In this document: in pieces, positions 14,139 to 24,798 of the stretch
Position numbering within the stretch: the first letter of the stretch is position 1
How the letters are laid out: each line of letters begins with the position of its first letter
Source: Octopus vulgaris
Taxonomy: Eukaryota
Direction: 5' to 3'
Assembly: GCA_951406725.2 (NCBI GenBank)
Contig: OX597816.1
Location: 167,090,001 to 167,154,000, forward strand
DNA: 64,000 bases
Position numbers and translations under genes: made by a program
The notes under the pieces: model-generated
Told to the model about the DNA's origin: nothing
The model's input: only the letters and a program-made list of their open reading frames with translations
The model's database searches: none

Positions 14139-15667
14139 ATTAATCCTTATATTACATTACGAAGATATATATATATATATTTTAGTAAAAGAGAAGATGC
14201 AGATTTTTTTCTCTAGAATTCTATCTAAATGTATTGGTTTCTCTTTGTGAGCCACATCTGCCAAGAATATCAAAGAACGGCTGAGCGTTATGTCAACACA
14301 TGTCCATATTATAGTATTACGTATTACTAAAAATGGTGTAGAATAATCATTTGTGGGGGGATTTTAAGGATGACAGCATTTGTCTTTGACAGTCACTAAA
14401 GTGTTTAGGAGATGAGAAAAACTCAGGAACCGTAACTACTGAATAACATATGGAAATCTAATCACCAAATGGGATATGTTGAAGACTGCGATTCCCATTA
14501 GAATTTTATGAGAATAGAACCCTTTTCCCACCTAATATGAACCAATTAGGGCTTCACCGAGAATCTTGTTTTCTTCTTCTTCCTGAATATCAATCTAATA
14601 TCTTTAATGAAATGGTGTTAAAGACAACAAGCCTGGAGTTGGTAGGAATGTGAAATATTAAAGAAAAATATTCCCTCGCACTAATGTTGCGGCTGCGGAG
14701 GTAGTAGTGGTGGTGGTGATGGTGGTGGTGTTGATAGTTGTAATGATGATGGTGGTGATGCTGATGATGATGGTAATGTTTGTGGTGGTGATAGTGGGGT
14801 TGTGGTGGCTCTGGCAATTGTGATAGTCTTGATAGTTGTGTTAATGATGATGATGGTGGTGGTGGTGGTAGCAGCTATGGTGGCAGTGGTGGTGGTTGTG
14901 GTAATGATATCTTTTACTTGTTTCACTGATTAGACTGTGGCCATGCTGGAGCACTGCATTGAAGAACTTTAGTCAAACAAATCAACCGCCCCAGTACTTA
15001 TCTTTTCAAGCCTGGTCCTTATTCTATCAGCCTCTTGTGCCAAAATGCTAACTTTACATGGATGTAAACACACCAACACTGGTTGTCAAGTGATGGTAGG
15101 GGACAGACACAGACACAAAGATGTACACACACACACACACATAGGACAGGCTGCTTTCAGTTTCAATTTCCATCTCCCAAATCCACTCACAGGTTGGCCT
15201 GTGGCTATAGCAGAAGACACTTGCCCAAGGTGCCACGCAGTGAGACTGAACTTGGAACCATATGGTTGGGAAGTAAACTTCTCACCACATAGCCATGCTT
15301 GCACCTATAATTGTGGTTGTGGTGATGATGGTGGTGGTTGCGATGGTAGTGTTGTTGCTTTCTTCACCTAACTGTTATTTCAGGTTTATGATATTAATAT
15401 TTTTGGCTTATTGTCTTGAATTTTGTATGTTGATATGAGTTTGAAAGGTGTGTATAACAGCCAACCTTTGTCTCAAACTAGGTTCATATCAAACTATTGC
15501 TGGAGAAGATAATCTGTCTGATATTATTACTAACCTGTATACACTTGGCTGATTTAGCTATTTCTCTGTAGATCAAAATATGATGATGATGATAATCATC
15601 ATTATTTAACGTCCATTTTCCATGCTGGCATGGGTTGGACTGTTTGACTGAGGTCTGAAAAGCCAAT

Positions 15668-15970
15668 GCGGAGGCACAATGGCCCAGTGGTTAGGGCAGC
15701 AGACTCGCAGTTGGAGGATCGCAGTTTCAATTCCCAGACCGGGCATTGTGTGTGGTTATCAAGTGAAAACACCTAAAAGCTCCACGAGGCTCTGGTAGGG
15801 GGTGATGGCGATCCCTGTTGTACTCTTTTGCCACAACTTTCTCTCACTCTCTCTTCCTGTTTCTTGAGTAACGCTGCAATGGACTGGCATCCTGTCCAGC
15901 TGGGGGGAACACATACGCCACAGAAACTGGGAAACCGGGTCCATGAGCCTGGCTAGGCTTGAAAAGATTG
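15668..15970 (+). mobile_element. tRNA-derived SINE (OR-type)
   Basis: Same head and body as 8002; tail like 12420-12510 (gatggactggcatcctgtccagctgggg...gaaactgggaaaccgg). Confidence 0.8.
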
Positions 15971-17784
15971 ACGTTTTTTTTACATGAAAAACCAATGGCT
16001 GCACCAGGCTGCAATCTGATCTGGCAATATTTCTATAGCTGGATGCCCTTCCTAATGCCAACCACTCCTAGAGTGTAATGGGTGAACAACATTAATCAAT
16101 TTTCAAATGTTACTGGAATTTCATCAGAAGCACCTACATCAATTTGTCAAATTTCAGAGAAACAAGCAGACAAGCTGTTTATATATTCAACAATTCCAAT
16201 AACTACAGTAAACTGGAGCTACTAATTAACATACCGTAAAATCCCATCGTGTGTGTATTTGTGTGTCTATGTTTGTCACCCCACTATCACTTGACAACCT
16301 ATGCTGGTGTCAACAACTTAGTGTCAAACATTAGTGGTTTGGCAAAAGAGATCGATAGAATAAGTACTAGGCTTACAAAGAATAAGTCCTGGGGGGGTCG
16401 ATTTGTTCAACTAAAGGTGGTGCTCCAGCATGGCCACAGTCAAATGGCTGAAACAAATATAAAAAGAAAAGAATATATGTATGTTTGTGGCTCCCTGTCA
16501 TGACATTAACTATATGATTGCCATACAAGCAGCGTCTTCCATGTGCTATGGTCACCTTGCCTCCGTGAGACCCAATGCTTGAAAGGTGCTTTTTATGTGC
16601 CAGTTACAACTAATTAATTAAACTTCTTTCTTTGTTCACTATACAATAGTTTTAGTGAAATGGGTTCATTTTTTAAAAAAATCGTAGACATATGTAATAA
16701 ATCTGGTTGTATTAAAGCATTCATCTAGAGCAGGGGTTCTCAACCTTATTTTGCTTGTGAACCTCCTGAGAGCTAACTTATCATCTGTGGACCTCATATA
16801 TGCACTTGTAAATTTTTGAAATAAAAATTTTGTTTGTAGGTTAGTAAAAACTAACAATGAAACATCATCATCATTGTCATTTAATGTCCGCTTTCCATGC
16901 TGGCATGGGTTGGACGGTTTGACTTGGGGACTGGCAAGCCAAGAGGCTGCACCAGGCTCCAATCTGATTTGGCAAGGTTTCTACAGCTTCCTAACACCAA
17001 CCCCTCTGAGAGTGTAGTGGGTGCTTTTTACGTGACACTGGCACGAGGGCCAGCCAGGCAGTACTGGCATCGACCAGATGGCTGTACAAGGCTCCAATCT
17101 GATCTAGCAACGTTTCTACAGCTGGATGCCCTTCCTAATGCCAACCACTCCATGAGTCTAGGTACTTTTTGCAAGTTACCGGCACAGAAACCAGTCGGGG
17201 TGGGGGTGCTGGCGCTAGCATCGGCCATGTTCAGATGGTGCTTTTTATGTGCTACTGGCACAGGAGCCAGTTGGGGCGGGGTGGCTGGCATCGACCACAA
17301 CTACAGTTTCTATTTTGATTGTGATTTGGTTTTTGATTTTACTTGACTCAACAGGTCTCCTCAAGCACGGAATGTCGCCCAATGATTCAAAGGTACTTTT
17401 TAAATGGGTTGGTTATGTGACACTGGTATAGGCTACAGCTGTGATCTCACTTTACTAGTCGGGTCTTCTCAATCACAGCATATCTCCAGAGGTCTCGGTC
17501 TCAATGATATTTAATAAGGTACAGTGGAAGATGATAATAGTACTATTTCTTCCTGACACATAACCAAACAGCATCTCATCTAGGAAAACTCTCTTCCAAA
17601 TCAAAGGAGCTCCAACTCTTTCTGTAACTTTCCTAACTTGAATAATGGTTGTTTAGATACCTATTAGTTTTAGAGTGAATTTTTTTTTATAAACCTTAAC
17701 TTTCTTATAATGTTATTAAATAAATCTCCAGATTTTTAAGCTTGAACATCAAAGTTTCAGAATTTCAAAGGAAAACAAAATTAA

Positions 17785-18230
17785 CTAAATGAAGTTTTTG
17801 TTTATGCCTTTCGTTTGTATTTGAAGTGTATAAATATATTTTGTTTGTATTTGAAGTATATAAATATATCTTATTTACGTTTATAATTATATAAATATAT
17901 TTTGTCCGTGTTTAAGGTGTATAAATATATTTTATTTCTATTTGAAATGTAAAATGTATGAAGATATTTTGCTTGTATTTGAAGTATATAAATATATTTT
18001 ATTTACGTTTGTAATTATGTTTTCCTCAAATGTAAATTCGAAACTGAAATAACAATATTTTAGCCACTGCTGGCCAGGAGTTTTTGCTTTTCAAAAATAT
18101 TTCAAATTTTCAGGAAATGAAACTTCTGATGCTGTTTGAAATGTAAATAAAAATATTTTTTTTCTCTTCTAATACAAACGAAATACAGTTATATACAAAA
18201 TAAAAAAAAACCCAAAAAAACTTCACTTGG
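17785..18230. mobile_element. Foldback/MITE-like element with an internal ~27-nt AT-rich minisatellite
   Basis: Inverted ends ctaaatgaagttttt / aaaaacttcacttgg and tttcgtttgtatt / aatacaaacgaaa. Tandem tttgtatttgaagtgtataaatata units at 17813-18020. Confidence 0.5.
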
Positions 18231-18605
18231 AAATCCCTTAATCCTAAAAAGCTTCTGGTAAAAATTAATTTAAAAAGGTGCTTTTTGCTTTTAATTAAGA
18301 AAAAATCTTTTAGGAAATTTCTTAATCTCCGACATACAAAGAGAATCGGAAACCGTTTGAAAACAATTTATGCAAAAAGGAAAATAGGAGTGTGACGAAG
18401 AAATCCACACTCAAAGCATTAAGGACTCTGAAAGAATCAGTACTAGTGTGGGATTAAACACCCAAAAACTAACACGAGCCAAACGTGGATGTAGGGTAAA
18501 GGGACTCAGTGCGGTCAGTCGACATGCTAGAAATAGCAGCCAAATCACTCAGAAATTTAATGAAGTATGAATACCAAAAGAATGTCAGGATAAATATACC
18601 TACAA

Positions 18606-18997
18606 GGCAATCTTTCGTCTCTAGTAGATCTTTCCGTCGATTTCCGTAAAAAGATTTTTTTTTTACATATGGGCTTGCGGGAACTTTTGAAGTAATGACA
18701 GCGAAAGAGACTAAGAGAAAGCGATTGTATGACGAGGGAAGTTCTTTTGAAGTTACCGTGCATGGCAAGCATTGATGTACATGTGTGTGTGTGTGTGTGT
18801 GTTTGATGGGGTGTGGGAGACAGACAGTATGTTGTGTAAGTGTGTGTGAAAGAAAGAGATAACTGAAATTTTTTACTCGGTGTATGTGTATATGTATGTA
18901 TATTACTTCTAAAGTTCCCGCAAGCCCATATGTAAAAAAAAAAAAAATTTTTACGGAAATCGACGGAAAGGTCTACTAGAGACGAAAGATCATCGCC
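18606..18997. mobile_element. MITE with ~90-nt TIRs (GGCAATCTTTCGTCTCTAGTAGA...)
   Basis: 18606-18695 is the reverse complement of 18902-18997. A solo TIR lies at 20274-20345. No clear TSD; superfamily unassigned. Confidence 0.85.
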
Positions 18998-19529
18998 AAT
19001 AATGGATCGTCACCATTTGAACGCCTTTGCTGACCAGAGCAAAACAATATATCGGAGCATTAAAGCACCCACGAGCAAAGCAATATATCGGAGCATATAT
19101 TATCATTTTACGTTCATGCTGGCATGGGTTAGACGGGTCTGAGGGCAGCACACTATGCTGTGTCAACTTTTATAGTTTTTATTTATTGGCAGCAGCTATA
19201 ACATACATAGAATAGCTTTAGGTGTCTGGCCCCATGGGGGGTGAGGCCGAGGATAATGTCCAATGTATCCATGCCGTCTCAAGACACCACTGGACCTGTG
19301 GTTAAATAATTTAACCTCATCAATATAATGCACAGATATTTAACGTAAATGGGCTTGTATAAGAATTACGACTGCAATTAATATATATAAGAGTGATTAA
19401 TAAAATTAAATTTGAGAGGTAATTAGAATATATTTTAATATATTTTAGCGTCTCATTAACAATCTAAAAATATCTTAAATTATCTTTTTTATAAACATCG
19501 TTTTAAAATATTATAAAACTATAAATAGC

Positions 19530-19604
19530 TTAGCTCGAAGTACCGTAAAGTTTTTGTTGAACGACACTCCCGGGTGTGCGCACTTGAATTGCTGAAGACA
19601 CGAA
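19530..19604 (+). promoter_or_regulatory. Candidate CpG-containing non-coding first exon/promoter
   Basis: Local CpG enrichment, palindromic gtgcgcac (NRF1-like) and a perfect donor GAA|gtaagt at 19604/5. The start position is a guess. Confidence 0.35.
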
Positions 19605-19889
19605 GTAAGTAACACACAGCTTTTATTGAGAATATTCTTCATTATTTCGAATTTCTTTACTGTTTTAACTTTATTGTCTTCATTACATTTATTTCAGTAA
19701 ACAATTGTGTTGTTTATTATTGAAGAGATACTGTTTAGAAACGTTTATGTGTGTGTACGCGCGGTTTTTTTTTTTTTTTGCTCGATATTATTACAACACG
19801 TGTCTTCAGTTTTTCGTTATTTTAACAAACCTGGCATTATTAAAAGAATTAATCTCGGTTAATATAGGGCGTAACAAATATCAGAAAAT

Positions 19890-20253
19890 CGTTGACTCAT
19901 CGTAGACATTTTTAGAGAGTTACTTCCCTTATATAATAGCGAAAAAATGCATTAAAATGGAAAAAAATGATGGTAAATTTTTTTTTAAATCGTAGACTCA
20001 TCGTAGACACGTGCTAATACCCAGAAGGGCTCGATATGAATCACGACAATAAGGTACCCGGTTTTGGGTTAAACTGCACCGCAAAATGTTGGAGTAGTTA
20101 GGAATCTAAATCGAAGGGGACAGACAACACACAACTTCACTTTTATATATAAAGATTTATATATAGAGATTAAGATTTTTGCTATAACTCTCTAAAAATG
20201 CTTATATAGTTATTTCCCTTACAAACCCGAGCAACGCCGGGCGATACTGCTAG
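19890..20253. mobile_element. Non-autonomous Helitron with its 5' part inverted relative to its 3' end
   Basis: - strand 5' end a|TCTTTATATATAAAAG at 20155. + strand 3' hairpin cccgagcaacgccggg and CTAG|t at 20250-20254. Confidence 0.75.
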
Positions 20254-20716
20254 TTATTAATATATCGGCGAAGGCCCATATGTAAAAAAAAAAAAAGGTT
20301 TTTACGGAAATCGACGGAAAGGTCTACTAGAGACGAAAGATTGCCAATATATCTTGTTTATTTGACATTCAGAAATTATGTTTCTTGAAATAGAACAATT
20401 TTGTTTTCATATTTTTATCTAAAGAGGACAGAAATGAAATAATTAAACTTTGTTAAATTGGGTGTTGGTCACATCCGGCATAAAAAATTCCATGCACGAG
20501 TTACGTAGTGAATCTCTAGACAAAATATTCCATAGGGAAACCAAGTCTACAGCAACCGATATCTATCTCTCTGTTATCTATCTGATGGACGAACGTTGGT
20601 GGAATCGGCTGCGCGTAAGTTAGTGCTTTAAAAAAGTTTGTTTTACAAAAGATTTTTTTGTAAATTTTCAGATTAATTCACCTATTTTTTTATGCAAAAC
20701 TTGTCTAACAACTTAC

Positions 20717-20833
20717 ACATTCGGGTTTGCTGAATATTTTTTTTATAGGAAATTCGCCCTCTGTGGCAAAATTTCCAAATTTTAAACGGCGGTCTTCAGC
20801 TTTCTTAACCATTTTCTTTTCGAAGAATGGCAT
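20717..20833 (-). CDS. Candidate first coding exon of a - strand gene (MPFFEKKMVKKAEDRRLKFGNFATEGEFPIKKIFSKPEC)
   Basis: ATG at 20833, 39 open codons, ends at a phase-0 |gtaagt donor (20716-20711). Non-repeat, CpG-containing sequence. Confidence 0.3.
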
Positions 20834-20870
20834 CTTCAAACCATGAAGACAGCGTACCTCATACACCAAA

Positions 20871-21075
20871 CGGGTACTACAAGCGAATAGTGGTCCCGGT
20901 GCGCGCACTCGCGCTAGCTAGTTGTAAGTAGTCGATCCTACAACGACTTAAACTAAGTAAAATTATTTTTATAAACAAACTAAGGTTAGGGTTAAAAAGT
21001 CGTTGTGGAATCGACTACTTACGACCAGCTAGCGCGAGTGCGCGCACCGGGACCATTGTTCGCTAGTAGTACCCG
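20871..21075. mobile_element. Palindromic MITE with 5-bp TSD
   Basis: ~80-nt TIRs starting CGGGTACTAC; ccaaa duplicated at 20866-70 and 21076-80; ttagggtt motif in the spacer. Confidence 0.9.
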
Positions 21076-21189
21076 CCAAACGCTGGTCTCTACGTAGAAT
21101 TCCTTGACTTCTCGCTACCACAAATTATTTCACACACATACACACACACACACATTGAGAGACGAGAAATTTAAAAGCAACAACTAGAG

Positions 21190-21432
21190 ATGTCAACGTT
21201 AGCTAATGCCAATACCACCACCATCAACAACAACAAAATTATCGCAAAGCCGTCCACCGTGACCTCCACCAAAGACAGTGCCAACACCAACAGTACTACT
21301 ACAACTTCTACCTCTACTACCGACACCACCAAAGACAACAACAACAAAAATTTTGCTGAAGCTTTAAAGCAAAATAAAACAATTGTCACATTCACTGCCC
21401 AACAAATTAATGAAACAAAAAGCACTTCTTAG
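21190..21432 (+). mobile_element. Possible L1/Tx1-like LINE ORF1 N-terminal fragment
   Basis: Thr/Asn-rich leader followed by NFAEALKQNKTIVTF, resembling the S/T-Y/F-A-x-A/V motif of ORF1 N-termini. Truncated, with no downstream ORF. Confidence 0.35.
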
Positions 21433-22373
21433 TAAAGAAGGATCAAATTTACATTTACGCATTTCTAAAAACATTATAGAACATAGACAAAAATAGAATA
21501 TGTGAACTAAGTAAAATAACTTAGTTATCACTAAGCTAGTGTTAGGAAAATAAATTGTGACTAAGGTTTGGTGGAAGATTTTAATTCAAAACTTATGAAA
21601 ATAAGACATTTGTACTCAGAGCCAGAGGTGGTTTCAGCCAGGTTGGTAATGAAAGGGTTAAACCAGTCATATCCAGCCCAAATATTCCACTTGTGTTTTG
21701 TTCTAACCAACCAGATCTGGCCTCTCGTGTCTACCCTATAATGTCACTCTAAAAATATGCAGTCATATCATCAAAATTTCGAAGTTGCGAGATAATGTGT
21801 GATTAATTCAAAACAGTGGGAATAAAGATCACATAAAAAGAACCAACTGAACGTGGCCGATGCGTGTACCTCCTGACTGGCCCCTGTGGCAGTGGCACAT
21901 AAAAAGCACTATCTGGATGTGATCAATGCCAGGCTCGCCTGACTGGCTCCTCTGCCGGTGGCATGTAAAATGCATTCACTACACTCTCAGAATGGTTGGC
22001 GTTAGGAAGGGCATCCAGCTGTAGAAACATTGCTAGATCAGATTGGAGCCTGGTGCAGCCTCTGGCTTTCCAGACCTCAGTAACTATCCAACTCATGCCA
22101 GCATGGAAAGCAGACGTTAAACGGTGGTGATGATACATTTGGCAGAGTAATCTCAGTGCTAAAGGGTTAATGTAGTTCTTGGGGAAATTCAGTGTGACAC
22201 ACATTGTAACAAGGCTGGCCATTTGAAATTCAGGTACAACTCATTTTTGCCAGTTGAGTGGACTGGAGCAATGTGAAATAAAGTGTCTTGCTCAAGAACA
22301 CAATGAGCCACTGGAAATTGAATTCCCGACCACTAAGCCACGTGTCTTCGCACTACTAATTATTTTATTTCAG

Positions 22374-22466
22374 TCAACTGCATTATGGAGACAACCAGGA
22401 GACTTGTGGTCCCCACCACTTATAAGTACTTTTCTAAATGGGGTTTAAAATTGTTGAAGGCATTGA
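22374..22466 (+). CDS. Candidate 93-nt phase 1-1 exon (ATG 22385: METTRRLVVPTTYKYFSKWGLKLLKAL)
   Basis: tattttatttcag| acceptor, A|gtgagt donor, open frame, unique sequence. It could instead be a 5'UTR exon carrying a uORF. Confidence 0.4.
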
Positions 22467-22839
22467 GTGAGTCTTTAAAGGTTGCATAGTTACTCCAGCA
22501 GGTTTAATTGCTATTACGAGTGGCAATGCAGTAGATTTGGGTCTCTTGAGCTGTTGCCATAGTTCAAGAAAATGAAGCAAAAGAAGAGACGATAAAGAAA
22601 ACAGACAAAAAAGTTGGTGATTAAAAACCCATTTCCTCAAATATTTAAGAAAGAAAAGAAGCCAGTGTTAATGTACTTAATGTCACCTGGGGCATTCAGG
22701 TGGGCAAGATCCTTAACACCAAAGGGTTGACACTTTGAGGAGTCTTTATGAAGTAAACAAGTCTACACTGGTATGACCTGATCCACCTGCTCTCTGGTAA
22801 CAAACACCACCTCCACTGTCAAGAAGCCATATATATATA

Positions 22840-23672
22840 CTAGCAGTATCGCCCGGCGTTGCTCGGGTTTGTTTCGACCCGCTGGAATTGTAATTTTGAA
22901 AAGTAAAAATTTTGTGAACATTTTTCTGGTCGAAATACACCGAAAAGTGGCGACACAGCAGTGAAAAAATCGTAAAAAATAGGGATTTTCATAGAAAAAA
23001 AGCATCTTTTTGATGTAAATAATTTTTGGTGTTAACATGGTCCGATTTGAATTTTATGTTCTACGGAAGGAAGAGCAACCCTTCTTCTACCATACTCTCA
23101 ATTTTGGTCAACTTGCGCCGCAGGGTCTCGGAGGAGATAGTGTTAGTTGAAGGTTACCATTCTAGGTGCCTGAGTAACAACCTCGCGGATTTACAGATAA
23201 ATGAATTAATTACTATTTTACAGAATAAAATTAAATAATTCTTGAAAATTAATTAATATTAATATTTTTTGAACAAAGTAAATAATTTTTAAAACTTAAA
23301 TAATAATTTTTTTTACACAAACGCGAACGGGGAAAAGGGGGTGGCGAATTCGATTTACATACCTAATTTTTTTCTTTTTCATGACATTGTAGCAAAATAG
23401 TAGTGAATTATATAAATACCAGCAGTACATTTTTTCTTCTAGGGTATTTTTTTTCAACCTCGTCACATATTCAATTTAAACAAAGTCTTAATTAAGCAAT
23501 TACGGCAGCTTAGCAATGGTTTCAATACAGGCGTGACATCTGTATCTCAATTGTTCAAAACCCTTCGAATTTTTTCGCACGTGATGATATCATAGTGAAA
23601 ACTTTCAATTACGCGCGCTTAGAAGTACGCTCGCAAATTAATACTACCAAAATTTTGAAGTTCGCGCTCCGC

Positions 23673-23705
<33 letters not shown>

Positions 23706-24508
23706 CTTTAGGTGTACGTAGGTATGTGTTTTTGTGTGTGTGTGTCACTGAAGCCATACATACATATGTACATACATAACCTCTCTCTCTCTTTTCTCTC
23801 TCAGTCACTCACTACAAAAAGTGAATAAAAAAAGTTCAGTTATTTCTGTCTTTCACTCTGTCTGTCTCTTTACACACACTAACAAAAGCACTTCACTTAC
23901 ACACCACACTTTCTGTGTCGCACAACCCATCAAACACACACACTCACGCACGCACACATGTACATCAATGCTTTCGGAGTGAAATGTTAAAATATTGAGT
24001 TTTCTCGAATTTTGTCTTAATTGGGGGTGAAATTGAAAGAAATATATTATGGCATGACCAAATGGAGTACTTTGAAAAATCTTAGGTAAACTCTAATTGA
24101 AGAAATTATGTGAGGAGTAAATCGTTATGTATTTATTTGTTTCTGTTTGCTGTGTTTTTTTATTTTTTGAGTAGTGGTTTAAATACTTTCAGTTTAGTCT
24201 TCCTCAAATCACTCTGTCGCTATTTACTCTCTTCCAATTACTTTCATTTTATTCGTTGCACACTGTGTGTGTGCGTTTGCGTGTGGTGTAAACCACATTA
24301 AGAAAAGCATTTGACATACACACCAGAATGTGAGTTTTCTGTAAATTTTGCTTAATTGGGGTTGAAATTTTAAAAACCGGACCTGGCAAAACCCGATGCA
24401 TTCTACTCTTAAAAATGCTAGGTAAATTGTAATTGAAGAAATCCTATATTGTAGATTTCTATAACTAACAAAGGGAGGCAGATAAAATCTGCCTTTTATA
24501 ATAAGAGA
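22840..24508 (-). mobile_element. Non-autonomous Helitron, ~1.67 kb
   Basis: 5' a|TCTCTTATTATAAAAGG at 24508; 3' hairpin cccgagcaacgccggg and CTAG|t at 22840. Inserted between A and T with no TSD. Confidence 0.9.
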
Positions 24509-24518
24509 TATATATATA

Positions 24519-24798
24519 TATATAAAAAAGATGGAGGTGGAAATAGCACAGAAGTAAGTCTAAGACATTTCAGTTTAAGAAGGAATTTAATAAAAATGAT
24601 TTTAAAAATAACAATTGCAGCGTGGAAGGTGTTTGTAAGCCATTTAAGAAACGCACAAAAGCTGTTTGATAAAATGAGATTCATCAAAACCGGTAATATT
24701 TTCTTAATATAATTTTAAAATTCATTTTCATTAAATTCCTTCTTAAACTGAGATATCTTAGACTTCTGTGCTATTTCCACCTCCATCTTTTATATATA
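24519..24798. repeat. Inverted repeat, ~90-nt arms with ~105-nt spacer
   Basis: aaaagatggaggtggaaatagcacagaagt...ttttaaaa versus ttttaaaa...acttctgtgctatttccacctccatctttt. Confidence 0.85.

Noticed and set aside
14690-14905. His/Thr-rich ORFs
   Set aside because: Degenerate (GGT/GAT)n trinucleotide repeat.
17813-18020. CRISPR-like array (also 45620-45860, 50030-50400)
   Set aside because: Contiguous degenerate tandem units with no unique spacers, no cas genes and a eukaryotic context.
19037-19096. 24-nt direct repeat gagcaaa(a/g)caatatatcggagcat
   Set aside because: Only two copies; most simply a small slippage duplication.
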